From Octopus sinensis (taxonomy: Eukaryota), in NCBI RefSeq assembly GCF_006345805.1, contig NC_043004.1, positions 101,990,001 to 102,054,000 of the forward strand: a stretch of DNA of 64,000 bases, read 5' to 3'. The position numbers and the translations under genes are program-made. The stretch's first letter is position 1, and every line of letters begins with the position of its first letter. The notes beneath the pieces were generated by a model. It worked only from the letters and a program-made list of their open reading frames with translations. It was not told the origin of the DNA and did not search any database. Below, in pieces: positions 24,188 through 37,532 of this stretch.

Positions 24188-25516
24188 CTCCATCGCTTCT
24201 AGGCTGGTTCTTTATTTAGCTACCCTTGAAAAGAAGAAAGATAAAGTTGATCTGAGCAGAATTTAGGCTCAGGATAAAGAATCGGAATGAACACCGCAAA
24301 ACAGTCTATCCGTCGTTCTTTAAATTTAACGAATTCACTGCCTTTGTATTAACAATATACTGCTGTTGTATAGCTGTTCTATATGATTCGACAACCCTGT
24401 AAGAAAGAGCAGGCAAATATTCCTTAAATCACACTCTGATATCTTCAAAAAGAAAATTTTATAATATTGTCCCAGACAGATATTAACTGAAGAAAAAATT
24501 GACAGGGTGATCATACCTGGAATGACTTCGATTATAATCAGACGTATTATTACACGCCAGTTTTTGCAAAGCTGACCTGGGCGCAAACGACGGCTGTTGC
24601 TTAAGCTGCAGGCCAAGTTTGGCTGCGTATGTGTATGTGTATAAATATGTTTGTATGTATGCTTATGTGTGTGTGTCTGTGTATGTCTATGTGTGTGTGC
24701 GCGTGTATGAGAGAGAGAGTGTGTGTGTGTGTGTGTGTGTGTGTAACAAATCACAGTTACACAATGAGATCAAAAAGATGTTATCTATGTGGTCTCTCGA
24801 CTTAAAACTTGTTGTCAAATCTCTCTTAAATCAAAAGAAAAAAAAGGTGTGGAGACACGTTTAGGTTGTTCATGACTAGAACCTAGTTGCTAAACAAGGC
24901 CTGTATCAAGTAAATAATCCTCTACAATTTGCTGTCATATCTAAAAATGAGGACGAGATCTTTTTTCAGTCCTGATATATGGTGGGAACACAACTAAACA
25001 AAACTGGTTATACAAAACCTATTATATAAGGTATTATATGAGGGTGGGCTGAGACGCGGGCTGACTATGGAGTGATGCCAAAGCTGTGAACCTTGCATGC
25101 ATCAATGTCAACGCTTCTTATAGAATAGTCGCGTTGTGTTTTTCCAAATTAACTGACATCTGACTGTTGAAAGAAGACTCCAAAAGTAACTTGAAAACAG
25201 TAACTGAAAACAGACATGATTTGGTCGTGTAGTGTTATTAAGTACCTGCAGAAAAATGTTTTAGCCGCCAACGGCATTCATGTTGATATGATTGCTACAT
25301 TAAGAGATGACGCTCCAGCTTTATCAACACTGCAAAAGTGGGAAGCTGAACTTAGGAGAAGGGAGAGTCTTGAAGATGACTTGAAGTCTGGACATACTGC
25401 AACTGCCACCAAAGAAAACCTTGATCGTGTTCACCACATATTGATGGATAACAAGCGACTGACTATGAATCAAAAAGACAATGCTATTAGCATATCCCAT
25501 GAGAAAGTTGAGAATA

Positions 25517-25913
25517 TCTTTATATATAAAAGTGAGGTTGTGTGCTGTCTGTCTCCTACGATTTAGATTCCTAACTACTGCCACATTTTGCGGTGCAGTT
25601 TAACCAAAACCGGGTATCTTACAGTCGTGATTCATATCGAGCCCTTCTATGTATTAGCGCGCGTCTACGATGAGTCTACGATTTAAAAAAAATTTACCAT
25701 CAATTTTTCCCCATTTTTAATTGCATTTTTTGCATATATAAGGGAAGTAACTCTCTAAAAATGTATTATTAATCTCAGAACGTAAAAAGCTACAGTAACA
25801 CCCCCTCCTTTGTGGTTAGCCATATTGAGATGGCTATTATACTTTACATCTCTAAAAATGCTTATATAGTTATTTCCCTTACAAACCCGAGCAACGCCGG
25901 GCGATACTGCTAG
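25517..25913 (+). mobile_element. Non-autonomous Helitron (397 bp), same family, inserted in a mariner
   Basis: A|TC...CTAG|T, identical 3' hairpin, no TSD; excision restores the mariner frame ENILHN. Confidence 0.92.
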
Positions 25914-26982
25914 TTCTACATAATGGATTTGGCAGGTTTTTACTCAGTGGGCGCCATGTTTTCTGACACCAGATCTCAAAAGCGCACCAGACTGATCATA
26001 TCATGGAAAAATATGACATTGTTTCAGACATATCCACCTGCTTTCCATGAATGTTTCCTAAGCCAGGATGTGTGTTGGGTTTATCACTTTGATCCAGAGA
26101 CAAAGAGACCAATCCATGCAGGGGAAATATCCCTCTTCTTCTGCTCCAAAGAAGACTATGGTCGTTCCATCTGCAAGCAAGTTGATGGCTTCGGTTTTGG
26201 TGGATGCAAAAGGTATTGTATTTATTGACTATCTTGAAAGGGGTCACAGCATCAGTGAAGAGTACTATATACGCATAACACAGAGTAGCTTGCGGGCTGG
26301 ACAAAAACATTGATGAAATGAATGATGAAAAAGGATGATATTGATGGGAGAAGACAAAAACGCCCGCCGATTTTTTGCTTCTCTAAAACATTATTCTTTC
26401 TTTTTTTATATAGTAAAAACAATACGAGATATTAAACATCTTACTTTAGTTCCATAGTTCATTCTCAATTGAGGCTCTGAGCCTCTTACAACCAATAAAC
26501 TCAAATACGAAACAAAACAAAAGACCGAGGCATTAAACCTCTTACTTTAATGTCGATACACAATACGAGGCACTAAGCTTCTTAATTTCCCCCCGCCCCG
26601 CCGTCATCCGACCAGGCTCAATTCCACACTCAAGCACCTCGATGGTGCTAGGTCGGGACTTTTCGGCAAAAAGCGAAATGTGTCCTCAGGGAAGGACTTT
26701 GTGTAGAGCACTATGCCAACTTGCTGAGGCAGTTACAAAATTTTATCGAGACCGGACGCTCATGAAAACTGACGAAGGTTGGCTTGTTTCATCTGGACAA
26801 TTGCTCCAGCACACGAGTTCTTGGTTTCAATGGCAGCCTTGCACAACTTTGGCTTTGAAGTGGTTGCTCGGCTTTCTTATTCTCCTGATTTGGCTCCATC
26901 TGACTATCAGCTGTTCCCCAACATTAAAGAACACTCGGCTGGGAACCAGTATTGCAGATGTGATGGCGTCATATCTGCTGTT

Positions 26983-27214
26983 ACTCTTTTACTTGTTTCA
27001 GTCATTTGACTGCGGCCATGCTGGAGCACCGCCTTTAATCGAACAACTCGACCCCGGGACTTATTCTTTGTAAGCCCAGTACTTATCTCGGTCCCCTCTT
27101 TTGCCGAACCGCTAAGTGACGGGGCATAAACACACCACATCGGTTGTCAAGCAATGCTAGGGGACAAACACAGACACACAAACACACACACGCATATATA
27201 CATATATATGTGTA

Positions 27215-27292
<78 letters not shown>

Positions 27293-27471
27293 CATAATAT
27301 AGGGGGCGGGCTTCTTTCAGTTTCCGTCTACCAAATCCACTCACAAGGCTTTGGTCGGCCCGAGGCTATAGTAGAAGACACTTACCCAGACACTTACCCA
27401 AGGTGCCACGCAGTGGGACTGAATCCGGAACCATGTGGTTGGTAGACAAGCTACTTACCACACAGCAACTC
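26983..27471 (-). mobile_element. SINE family A inserted in a mariner fossil
   Basis: Removing it restores the mariner frame VISAV|DDFFD; long internal (TA)n. Confidence 0.92.
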
Positions 27472-27680
27472 GATGACTTTTTTGACCAACCTGATTAAAG
27501 CTTCTTCTCCAATGGGACCCAAGAGCGGCATCACCGATAGAAGACGTGTGTGGACTGCAAGGGGGACTATGCTAGAAAGTAATCTTCATTTGGTCACATT
27601 ACATGAGAATATCTTGAACAGCCTATGAACTTTTCGGCCGACCCTCGTACAAGGTATTCTTATAGAATTGATAACAAGAC

Positions 27681-27715
<35 letters not shown>

Positions 27716-28224
27716 GTTGCTGCAGCTGCTAGCTACGAGCTAAAATGGCGACCTCGATGACTCCATCTGACTATCAGTTGCTAGGGATAACAACCAAATC
27801 TTTAATTCCAATTCCAAGAATATGTAAACTGATATACAAAATTACGGAATAGAAGGATATAACAGCTTTGGCACAGCCGTTTTGGTCCGCCTCTTTGGCA
27901 TCGCTGATTCGACGCTGACTTATTTGACATTAGGCTTTTTTTTTTCTTGGGACCACTTTGACACCATGAAAATTTTGCTTTTACTTTAGTCGACAATCAA
28001 CTTGTAATCACACCAAACTAATCGACAACTAAACTTCGTTTAACGTTCTGCTTTACTTTATGTGCATTGTAGTAAGTGAACGGGTAAATGAAAAATTTTT
28101 TCCCTCGGCGGATTTCTTTAGATTCTTGACAACATAGATGTGACACTGAATTTAAATTTCGGCGAAAGAAACACTTAGGAGTATTATGTTACTCCGATTG
28201 CTGCAAACACAACCTTCCCTCTCT

Positions 28225-28302
<78 letters not shown>

Positions 28303-28308
28303 GCTTCG

Positions 28309-28364
<56 letters not shown>

Positions 28365-29773
28365 TCTCTACCTCTCTGTTTATATACGTATATTTCTCTT
28401 TACGTTTCCTGGATGTGACTTTAAATTGCTTCCATTTGTATGACCATGGTTTGGAGAGTGCCAGGGATTTGAGAAGTGTAGAAACACCTCTTAGCCACTA
28501 TCGTTCCCGGGTCAACCCTGACCTGGAGTAGTAGCACCTGCCTGGGTCTCAGCTCTGAGCCAATTAGCATAAACGACTGAGATGAAAGAACCCTAGCTGT
28601 TGTTACAGAATCCTTCTAGGAGAGGGACACACTGGTGTAAAACCTGCAGGTTCATTTGATTACTGGCCATCCCACTCTGGCCTGGCACTAAACGTTAATT
28701 ACGAAGATTCAGAACGTGGTCCTCGTGTTGTTCAACATTTATCTCTGTAATTCAATAACATAGAAATGTCTCTTTATGGTGACCTTGTTTGTCATTTAAT
28801 TTACTGAAAGTTTTATGGCAATGGAAGCGCACATTAATTGCTTTCAGCTGTCACCTATACTTCAAGTCTTGCAGATCTGCAACGTGACTGACAAGTGATA
28901 TGAGAGGTCATGTACCGAAACTCGTAAATATCAGAAATACTATTGATAACAAAGAAGCACAATGAAGTTCTTTCTAATCTATTTATGTGCATGTTTCCCC
29001 GGGAACGTTCACATGTGGTGTGTGTGTTCGCGTGTCTCTGCGTGTGAGTGTGCGTGCATGTCTGTGTACACACGCGCGTGTGTCTGTTTGTATGTGTGTG
29101 TACGTTCGCCTCCAGTGCCAAAAAATACATTCGTTCAAAAAGCCACTGCCAAGACAAATTCAGTGTCCAATCAGCCATACCAAATTGCCAGCGCCCAAAC
29201 AACCGTGGCCAGTCATCTCATTCTGAGTCTAAATCCTGCTATGATTGTCTTTAACGTCTATCATCTATTAAATAATGTACTTGAGTCGATTTAATATACT
29301 ACACCTCCCCGCTAAAATTTGGGCCCTGATTATTATCAGAGTTTTCGCCTTATCCAACAAAAATTACTGTAGAGGGAGTTGCATAAATAATAAAGCTCCG
29401 CAAAAATGCTTTGTGGGCTGTGCTCTTCTCCTTCAGTGTTCAAAGTTCAAATCCTACTTGACCTAATCGTGATTTTCATGACTACTATAATTATTTCTTA
29501 TGTAGGTATGGGGACTAAAATTTAAAAATCAGGGTGGAAAGTTATTCGGTTAGATCGTTCCCATATTTCACTGGTACTTTATCGACCCCGAAAAGCTAAA
29601 ATGTAAAACTGACTTCGGCGGATCTTCAATTCACAGATTTAATTGCTTGAAAAAATACTGCATTTTATTTGATTCTCTAACGATTCTACCATTCCGCCTT
29701 TTTCAGTATCATTGTGGCTATCAAATGCTTGATGCTTCAGATTCAAATGCCCTCTAAAATTGGCTTACTTAAT

Positions 29774-29806
<33 letters not shown>

Positions 29807-29836
29807 ATATATATAATATATATATATATAATATAT

Positions 29837-29871
<35 letters not shown>

Positions 29872-30325
29872 TATTATATATATATATAATAGATATATAT
29901 CTATATATAATATATATATATATATATAGAAGAAAGAGTTCAAGTTTCAAGTCCTAGGAGAATAACTCATAGGACTTTGAATGAAACTTGAACTCTTCTT
30001 TTTTTCAGTGATGGCCGCACCCTCTCTCCTTCTTTATTTCTTCCATCCTACTTCCTTCAATTGACACCTTGCTCTTGTGAGATCACCAGCTCTCGTGAGA
30101 AAATCTGTTTATGTACAAATATGTTAATAGGTATATTCTTTTACAATGTATATTCTTTTACAATGTATAGCCAGGTCCCACATTCTGTGTAATTCCATGT
30201 TTTGCATGAACAAACATTAAATATTAGTACAATATTCATAAATTAGGGAAATAAAATCAGAATCACGAATTACTTCTCAGGTATTGTAAGTTATATAAGA
30301 ACATTTGCCCAAATCCCAATGTTAT

Positions 30326-30374
<49 letters not shown>

Positions 30375-30379
30375 CCGAC

Positions 30380-31250
30380 TCGGCAATGATACCCCGGTCT
30401 CGCGCCATTTCCGCTTTACGGGCACTCTTTGCAACACCTGTTCGTGTTCAGATCGCCTTTGCACAGGGGCCATCTGGACTCCCGTTTGAGCCCTGAACAG
30501 TGATCAATCTTCTCTCTTCGCGCCTTTGCGTCACATGGGCTCAACTCTCCTCCCCTTTTCATCTAACCTCATCCCCTCGCCTCTCTCCACCTCATCTATT
30601 TTCTCCCACCCACGTCTCCTCTCTTGCTCAGACTCCTACATCTTCTCTTCACTCCTACCCACCTTCTCCTTCCTCCCTCATCATCATCCCTCCCTCGTAA
30701 GCCACTCCACCCCTACACATTCCACCCCTACTTTCTCTATCCTTCCCCATCACACCCACCTCATCTCTTACACCCACTCCCACATACCCCCACCTCCACC
30801 CCACCGTCCACCTACCCACATGTCCCACCTCTACCCCCACCCTCATCCTCACCCACACCCCACCCTTGCTTTCTCCACTCTCGCCTCCTCCACCTCCCAA
30901 CACCCTCAAACCACACATCACTACACCTTACACCACCATACCACGCAACACATCACATCAGAACACACCACGCGCACATCAGCACTGACAACTTCCTAGA
31001 CCCACATTTTCACACCTACACACACACACGCACACGTCAAGATCACCAGCCCTCTACCTCACGTACATACAAACTCTCTTATACACACGCACGCGCGCCT
31101 TCCTTTTGGGATCACCACCGTTTGCTGAGATTTTTTCTTGAGAACACACTCTTCGTGGTAAGGCGATTTCAGATCTATATTTAGCATAAAGGAATCCACT
31201 TTAATGATCACTCCTCTTATTAATTGTAATATAATTTTTAAATCTTCGAA
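30380..31250 (+). repeat. CT/CA-rich repeat remnant, possibly a Penelope-type 3' region
   Basis: cacacgtcaagatcaccagccctct (about 31030-31055) matches the minus strand near 47590-47620; otherwise low complexity. Confidence 0.35.
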
Positions 31251-31347
31251 TTTTTTGAATATGCTAGATCACTGGTTTAAATTGATGTTAATTGATTGAT
31301 ATCAATTTCTACCCTTATTTAATCTATAAACATGTATATATAGATAT

Positions 31348-31384
<37 letters not shown>

Positions 31385-31523
31385 CACAACACACACATAC
31401 ATATATATATATGTGATATTAACTTTGGAGCTACATTCAGGAACAACAATAACAGTGTAATATAAATGTTTTCTCTTCATTCATCATCATTGCTATTAAA
31501 TATATAATAATAATAATAATAAT

Positions 31524-31706
31524 AAGAAGAAGAAGAAGAAGAAGAAGAAGAGAAGAAGAGAAGAAGAAGAAGAGAAGAAGAAGAAGAAGGAGGAGGAGGA
31601 GGAGGAGAAGAAGAAGAAAGAAGAAGAAGAGAAGAAGAAGAAGAAGAAAAGAGAAGAAGAAGAAAAGAGAGAAGAAGAAGAAGAAGAAGAAGAAGAAGAA
31701 GAAGAA
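31524..31706. repeat. (GAA)n microsatellite
   Basis: Seen directly. Confidence 0.97.
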
Positions 31707-32066
31707 TGTAGTCCTCCTCTTTCAAACGTATAATTTTGAAGAAAAGTTTTTGATGAAGTTCCATTGCTTTTCGAAATTTTGGGTCATCTCTTGAACATTT
31801 GTAAAATAAAGATTTTGAACTTTCCTTCACCGCATATTTCTAGATGCTTGCTCACCGGAATTTTGCGTAATTCCTCCTGTCGGATCTGTTTTCTGTGGTT
31901 TCTTGCACGTTGGCAGAGGGATTTGTTTGTTTCGCTAATGTAGTTTTCCTTGCAGTTGGGGCAAGTAATGCAGAGATTCTGCGTCTTGTAGTTAATATCT
32001 GCATTTACTATGGACGAGAATCCGCTCTTGAATTTTATGTGGGAACCACTTTCTAAGTATTTAAAG
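31700..32066 (-). mobile_element. Penelope-like GIY-YIG endonuclease fossil
   Basis: NLCITCPNCKENYISETNKSLCQRARNHRKQIRQEELRKIPVSKHLEICGEGKFKIF fits the PLE pattern IY.I.C..C...YIGET...L..R...H; frameshifted ending FRKAMEL. Confidence 0.85.
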
Positions 32067-32069
32067 TTG

Positions 32070-32096
32070 TTGCTGAAGTTGTTGTTGTTGCTGTTG

Positions 32097-32127
<31 letters not shown>

Positions 32128-32187
32128 GCTGTTGCTGTTGTTGTTGTTGTTGTTGTTGTTGCTGTTGTTGTTGTTGTTGTTGTTGAG

Positions 32188-32231
<44 letters not shown>

Positions 32232-32266
32232 TTGTTGTTGCTGTTGTTGTTGTTGAGTGTTGTTGC
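32070..32266. repeat. (TTG)n/(CTG) microsatellite
   Basis: Seen directly; source of the poly-Q/N/L ORFs in the track. Confidence 0.97.
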
Positions 32267-33288
32267 ATATTCCACTTCTGCTATCTCCACATTCTTTTAC
32301 GACGAGCTCCTACACAGCTTCTGCCCACCAAATTCACTCGCAAGGCACTGGTGGACTCGACTCTGTTGTAGAACACACTTACCGAAGGTGCTGCGCAGTG
32401 AGACTGGACCAGAAATCACACTGTTACAAAGCGAGCTTCCTAAATGCGCAGCTCTACACGAAGATACGAAGTAATTTTTTTTCTAGTTACAAGGACAGCT
32501 ATTGGTTATCTCCTCGTCCGGAGGAGAATACGAAACCAAATTATGTAAATTTGACGCATCATCTGGAAACTGGAGATCTAATTTGAAATGCACTGCGTAA
32601 TTTTAGTGAGTTTTCACTACTATTACTAGAACAATCAAACGACCGTATACAGTATCCCGTATTGTTTCCTTGTGAACATCCCTTGAAGATCGCCTCTAAT
32701 CATAAACCATGCAATCTCAATTTGGTTTTAGTTGCAGCTAAGCAACTACAAAATTGGTTTCAAATTTTGGCACAAGGCCAGCAATTTTGAGGGAGGGGTA
32801 AGCCTATTACATTAGCATCTGTGCTCAACTGGTACTTATTTTATCAACCTCAAAAAGATGAAGAGCGAAGTTGACCTCGGCGGAATTTGAACTCAGAACG
32901 GATAAACTCGAGACGGATGATATGCCGCTAAGTATTTTGCCCGATGTTTTACCTGCCAATTCCAACTTGACACCTTATCCACTCGGTCATAACAAGTCCT
33001 GTTGCGACGTCAGTCGTTTTAATTTATGGACTTTGTGAAGCAGACGTGAATAAGCAAGAATTCAATACTGAAGTTTTTGTTTATTTATTCATTTATGTAT
33101 TTATTACTTAAAGTACAACACATGAGGAATGGTTAATTAAGCGACAGCATTTTCAATTAAATCAGTCTGTATTTTGTAAAGAGTTTACTGAAATCTTTAC
33201 ATATATACCCATTTTCCTTTTCTATGCGAAACGAACACCAGCATATTCGTAATAAACACAGTTAATGAAAGAATTTTCGCTTGAAATG

Positions 33289-33325
<37 letters not shown>

Positions 33326-34171
33326 GCGAGAAAGAGGGAAACAGAGAAATTGAGTCAAAGGGATCAAGTCTTAGACATTTTATAGTCATTTCTTGAACAT
33401 AACATTGAAGATTCTAATATCTGGCACATTCGAGTTAAACTTTCGCTTGACTGATTTTCATATAAAGTTATTAAAAAAACGAAATTTTATTGCTATCCTA
33501 TCTTAATAATTATCCGTGTTTTCAAGTGTCATAGTTAGAGTTGGGTGGAAGCGTTATAGGCCAATTTTTGTAGCTACAAGCATTTTTAAAGGATAAACAT
33601 ATAAATGTACTTGTGTGTGGTGTGTGAGGAGCTTCGTGACTCCTCATAAGTCATTGGATTGCTAAATTGCAATTATAATATGTCTAAAGCAAGTAAGCAA
33701 GTCAATATGGCGGAGCTCGTCCTAGTTTGAGCTGCTGACGCTAGAGAGATGGAACTCAATATTCGTCAGTGTTCAACACTCGTCAATTTTACACTACAGC
33801 CGCTACGTACAATAGTGAGATGGCCTTCTCCCTGTACTGCTGGGACAGGGATATTTACAAAGGAATATCCAGATCCATTTAATTTATTACTGACTTGCAC
33901 ATATACACAACACACGCTTTGAGACATATCTTCATATCTATCGTCTCGCGGTCGTATAATTTACCACTATAAGCAAACAGACATTTCGTAACCTTTCAGC
34001 GTTAGGATGAATTCATCTCGCGAATAACATGATTGTAATATACGGGTAGCTTATCTGTTTAACATCATCGCAACCTGGAATGAGAACTAATTCATTGAAC
34101 TATAAAGTAATGATATTTCGTGCAATTTGGGAATGAGAACAAAGTTAGATATCGAAATATTAGTTTTATAA

Positions 34172-34583
34172 AGGAGTGGGTGTGTGGTAAGTAGCTTGCT
34201 AACCAACCACATGGTTCCGGGTTCAGTCCCACTGCGTGGCATCTTGGGCAAGTGTCTTCTGCTATAGCCCCGGGCCGACCAATGCCTTGTGAGTGGATTT
34301 GGTAGACGGAAACTGAAAGAAGCCTGTCGTATATATGTATATATATATATTTATGTGTGTATGTGTGTGTATGTTTGTGTGTCTGTGTTTGTCCCCCTGG
34401 CATTGCTTGACAACCGATGCTGGTGTGTTTACGTCCCCGTCACTTAGCGGTTCGGCAAAAGAGACCGATAGAATAAGTACTGGGCTTACAAAGAATAAGT
34501 CCCGGAGTCGATTTGCTCGACTAAAGGCGGTGCTCCAGCATGGCCGCAGTCAAATGACTGAAACAAGTAAAAGAGTAAAGAGT
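34172..34583 (+). mobile_element. SINE family A
   Basis: Full-length match to family A. Confidence 0.92.
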
Positions 34584-34678
34584 ATATTACAAATCTTACA
34601 AGTTGGTTTCAAATCTGGGCACATGACCAATAATTTCAGGGAAGGAATTTGTCTATTACATCGACCCCAGTGATCAAC

Positions 34679-34778
34679 NNNNNNNNNNNNNNNNNNNNNN
34701 NNNNNNNNNNNNNNNNNNNNNNNNNNNNNNNNNNNNNNNNNNNNNNNNNNNNNNNNNNNNNNNNNNNNNNNNNNNNNN
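34679..34778. other. Assembly gap, 100 N
   Basis: Exactly 100 N; the round number suggests a scaffolding placeholder of unknown true size. Confidence 0.99.
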
Positions 34779-34779
34779 C

Positions 34780-34831
<52 letters not shown>

Positions 34832-34832
<1 letters not shown>

Positions 34833-35720
34833 TAGACTAAATAATAAGTAAAAAGTAAGTAACGTTAAAACATGAATTTCATCACAAGATATCTCAACAA
34901 TGCGGAAATGTTATTCATCAAAGTAAGTACCATTACAATCAACACATTTTTGCCAACGAGTTACAAGTTAGTTTATTCCGGTAACATAAAAATCTGGCGT
35001 TCTGGAGCTGATCAGCTCTTTGAACGCACTTTCAGCATTGGTTTGATTTTTGAACTCCTTCTCTCTCAAGAAACCATCAAGGTGTTTGAATAAGTGGTAG
35101 TCCGTAAGAGAAAGGTCTGAGGAATAAGCTGGGTGGGGAAGAACTTCGTAGCCAAGTTCCCTCAACTTTTGGAGCGCCATTAGTGAAACGTGTGGTCGAG
35201 CATTGTCATAAAGAATGATTGGCCATCTTCTTCTGACCAGTCTGGGCCGGTGGAGTAGCTGTTTTTCGTTCATTTTGGCAATTTCATGGCAATATGTTTC
35301 TGCAATAATGGTTTTTTTCCGGGTTTTAAGAAGTTATAGTGGATGAGTCTAGAGGTATACCACCAGTCACCATAAACTTTTTTTGAAGAGCTCGGGTTTA
35401 GGGAAGGTTTTCGGGACTTCATTTTGCTCCAACCACTACGAAGAAGGTATTTTTTTTTATTATTGTACATAATCTACTTTTCATCGCAAGTTATAATATG
35501 GTCGAGAAATGGATCGGTCTGGTTACGGAGAAGCGACGAGCAAATTTCATATCTGCGCATTTTATGATTTTCATTCAAATCGTGTTGTACCCATTTATCG
35601 AGATTTTTTGATTTTCCGATCGCATGCAAATGGTTGCAGGCAATTTTCTGGCTAACTTGAATTTTTTTTTGCTAGTTCTCGGGCGGTTTTACGTGGATCT
35701 TTCTCAATGATGGTCTTTAA
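34832..35720 (-). mobile_element. Mariner transposase fossil, right part
   Basis: ILYDNARPHVS...HPAYSSDLSLTDYHLFKHLDGFL...; left boundary uncertain. Confidence 0.85.
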
Positions 35721-36355
35721 TTGACCGTAAAAGATGACAGATGAACGTCCACTACGCTCACGATCTTCAAGGCTCAGGTCTTCACTGCGAAATCATATAA
35801 GTGGGGACAAAAAACGACAAACGAATGGAAAAATGAAAAAAGGAATAATGAAATGGAAGGAAGCCACTCGACCCCACATCCGAGGAACTTCATTTACACG
35901 TTTTTTACTTTTGTTTTTTTTACAAACTTATAATTAAGATAGTTTAACTTCGGTGGCATCTTACTTGCGTCTGCTGTCACGCCTATGTCCAATGTTTCTA
36001 TCCCAGAGTTTTCCATTAAACCAAAACACTTTTTGGGAGGATGGGACTGGGGAGTTTGGGGCACCTGTTTGTTTGTGTTATTGTCTGTGTTAGGAGGGAC
36101 AGTATGGTTGGTGACTACAGCATGGAATCGGGTGGCAGTGAGGTGGGAGTAGAGTGGGGATGTACATTTTTTTCCTCAGACCTTTTTTTTAGTTTTTCCC
36201 CTTCTTTTAGCTTGTGTCCATTCCTACTCTTCTTCCTTCCCAGGCTCCTCCTCGCTTGTAGATGACTTCGCTAGAGGTAGAGGTGCGACTTTTTTCTTTT
36301 GGTTCCTTTACACTGGGTGGAGGGCATTCAGCCTTAATGTGGCCTTTTTAATGAT

Positions 36356-36750
36356 AGGAGTGGCTGTGTGGTAAGTAGCTTGCTAACCAACCACATGGTT
36401 CCGGGTTCAGTCCCACTGCGTGGCATCTTGGGCAAGTGTCTTCTGCTATAGCCCCGGGCCGACCAATGCCTTGTGAGTGGATTTGGTAGACGGAAACTGA
36501 AAGAAGCCTGTCGTATATATGTATATATATATGTGTGTGTGTGTGTCTGTGTTTGTCCCCCTAGCATTGTTTGACAACCGATGCTGGTGTGTTTACGTCC
36601 CCGTCAATTAGCGGTTCGGCAAAAAGAGACCGATAAAATAAGTACTGGGCTTACAAAGAATAAGTTCCGGGGTCGACTTGCTCGACTAAAGGCGGTGCTC
36701 CAGCATGGCCGCTGTCAAATGACTGAAACAAGTAAAAGAGTAAAGAGAGA
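36356..36750 (+). mobile_element. SINE family A
   Basis: Full-length match to family A. Confidence 0.92.
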
Positions 36751-36909
36751 GTAATCAATAATATAGGCGATTGCAGGCCTATATTATTCATTTGAATTAT
36801 TTGCGCCGTATTGAAATTATTTTCACACTGGTGGCTGCCATGACTCGGTGCAAAACGAATTAGTTGCAGCGCAGACTTAAATGTGACGGATTGGGGTCCT
36901 TTCCATCAT

Positions 36910-37167
36910 GGTAATGCGTGCTGAGGAAGGTAAGGCTATAATGCTATAAAGGTAAGGTAATGCGTGCTGAGGAAGGTAAGGCTATAATGCTATAAAGCTA
37001 AGGTAATGCGTGCTGAGGAAGGTAAGGCTTTAATGCTATAAAGGTAAGGTAATGCATGCTGGGGAAGGTAAGGCTTTAATGCTATAAAGGTAAGGTAATG
37101 CATGCTGGGGAAGGTAAGGCTTTAATGCTATAAAGGTAAGGTAATGCGTGCTGCGGAAGGTAAGGCT
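36910..37167 (+). repeat. 46-bp minisatellite, 5 full units plus a partial
   Basis: ggtaatgcgtgctgaggaaggtaaggctataatgctataaaggtaa starting at 36910, 36956, 37002, 37048, 37094, 37140. Confidence 0.95.
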
Positions 37168-37501
37168 CACGTGGACCAGAAAACGGTCCACGTGAGTCCA
37201 AATACTTGAATGTATGTTGAGAGATTGTCTTAGCCCGTTTGCCCGCAGACGGCTGATTTCTGTAGTCATTATCATTGTCTTTTTGGCGATTTAGTTAAGA
37301 GTTTTGACTGTTATTTCCTGCAGGTAGACATACTTAGTATGTCCGTTGATTAATTTTAACCCTTCAGCTATTTAATGCTTTTTTGACCTGCAATCGCTTA
37401 TATTAATGATTCTGTTATTATCATTTTTAATTGTTACACTAGATAATAACAGAGCTAATAGTATCTTCGCAAATATTCTCTCCTGAATTATTTACTTCGT
37501 A

Positions 37502-37532
<31 letters not shown>

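Larger units (their letters stand above)
25037..27649 (+). mobile_element. Mariner fossil carrying three nested insertions
   Basis: Ends tatgagggtgggctga / tcggccgaccctcgta; fragments QKWEAELRRRESLEDD..SG, YHFDPETK, YSPDLAPSDYQLFPNIK, KTCVDCKGDY. Confidence 0.88.

Noticed and set aside
31784-32290. 168-aa poly-Q/N ORF as a host gene
   Set aside because: N-terminal half is a microsatellite and the rest is a broken Penelope GIY-YIG.
33690-33730. caatatggcgg as a YY1-like promoter motif
   Set aside because: Short motif with no supporting evidence of a transcription start.
36910-37167. 46-bp array as a CRISPR array
   Set aside because: Units are contiguous with no unique spacers; eukaryotic context; no cas genes.
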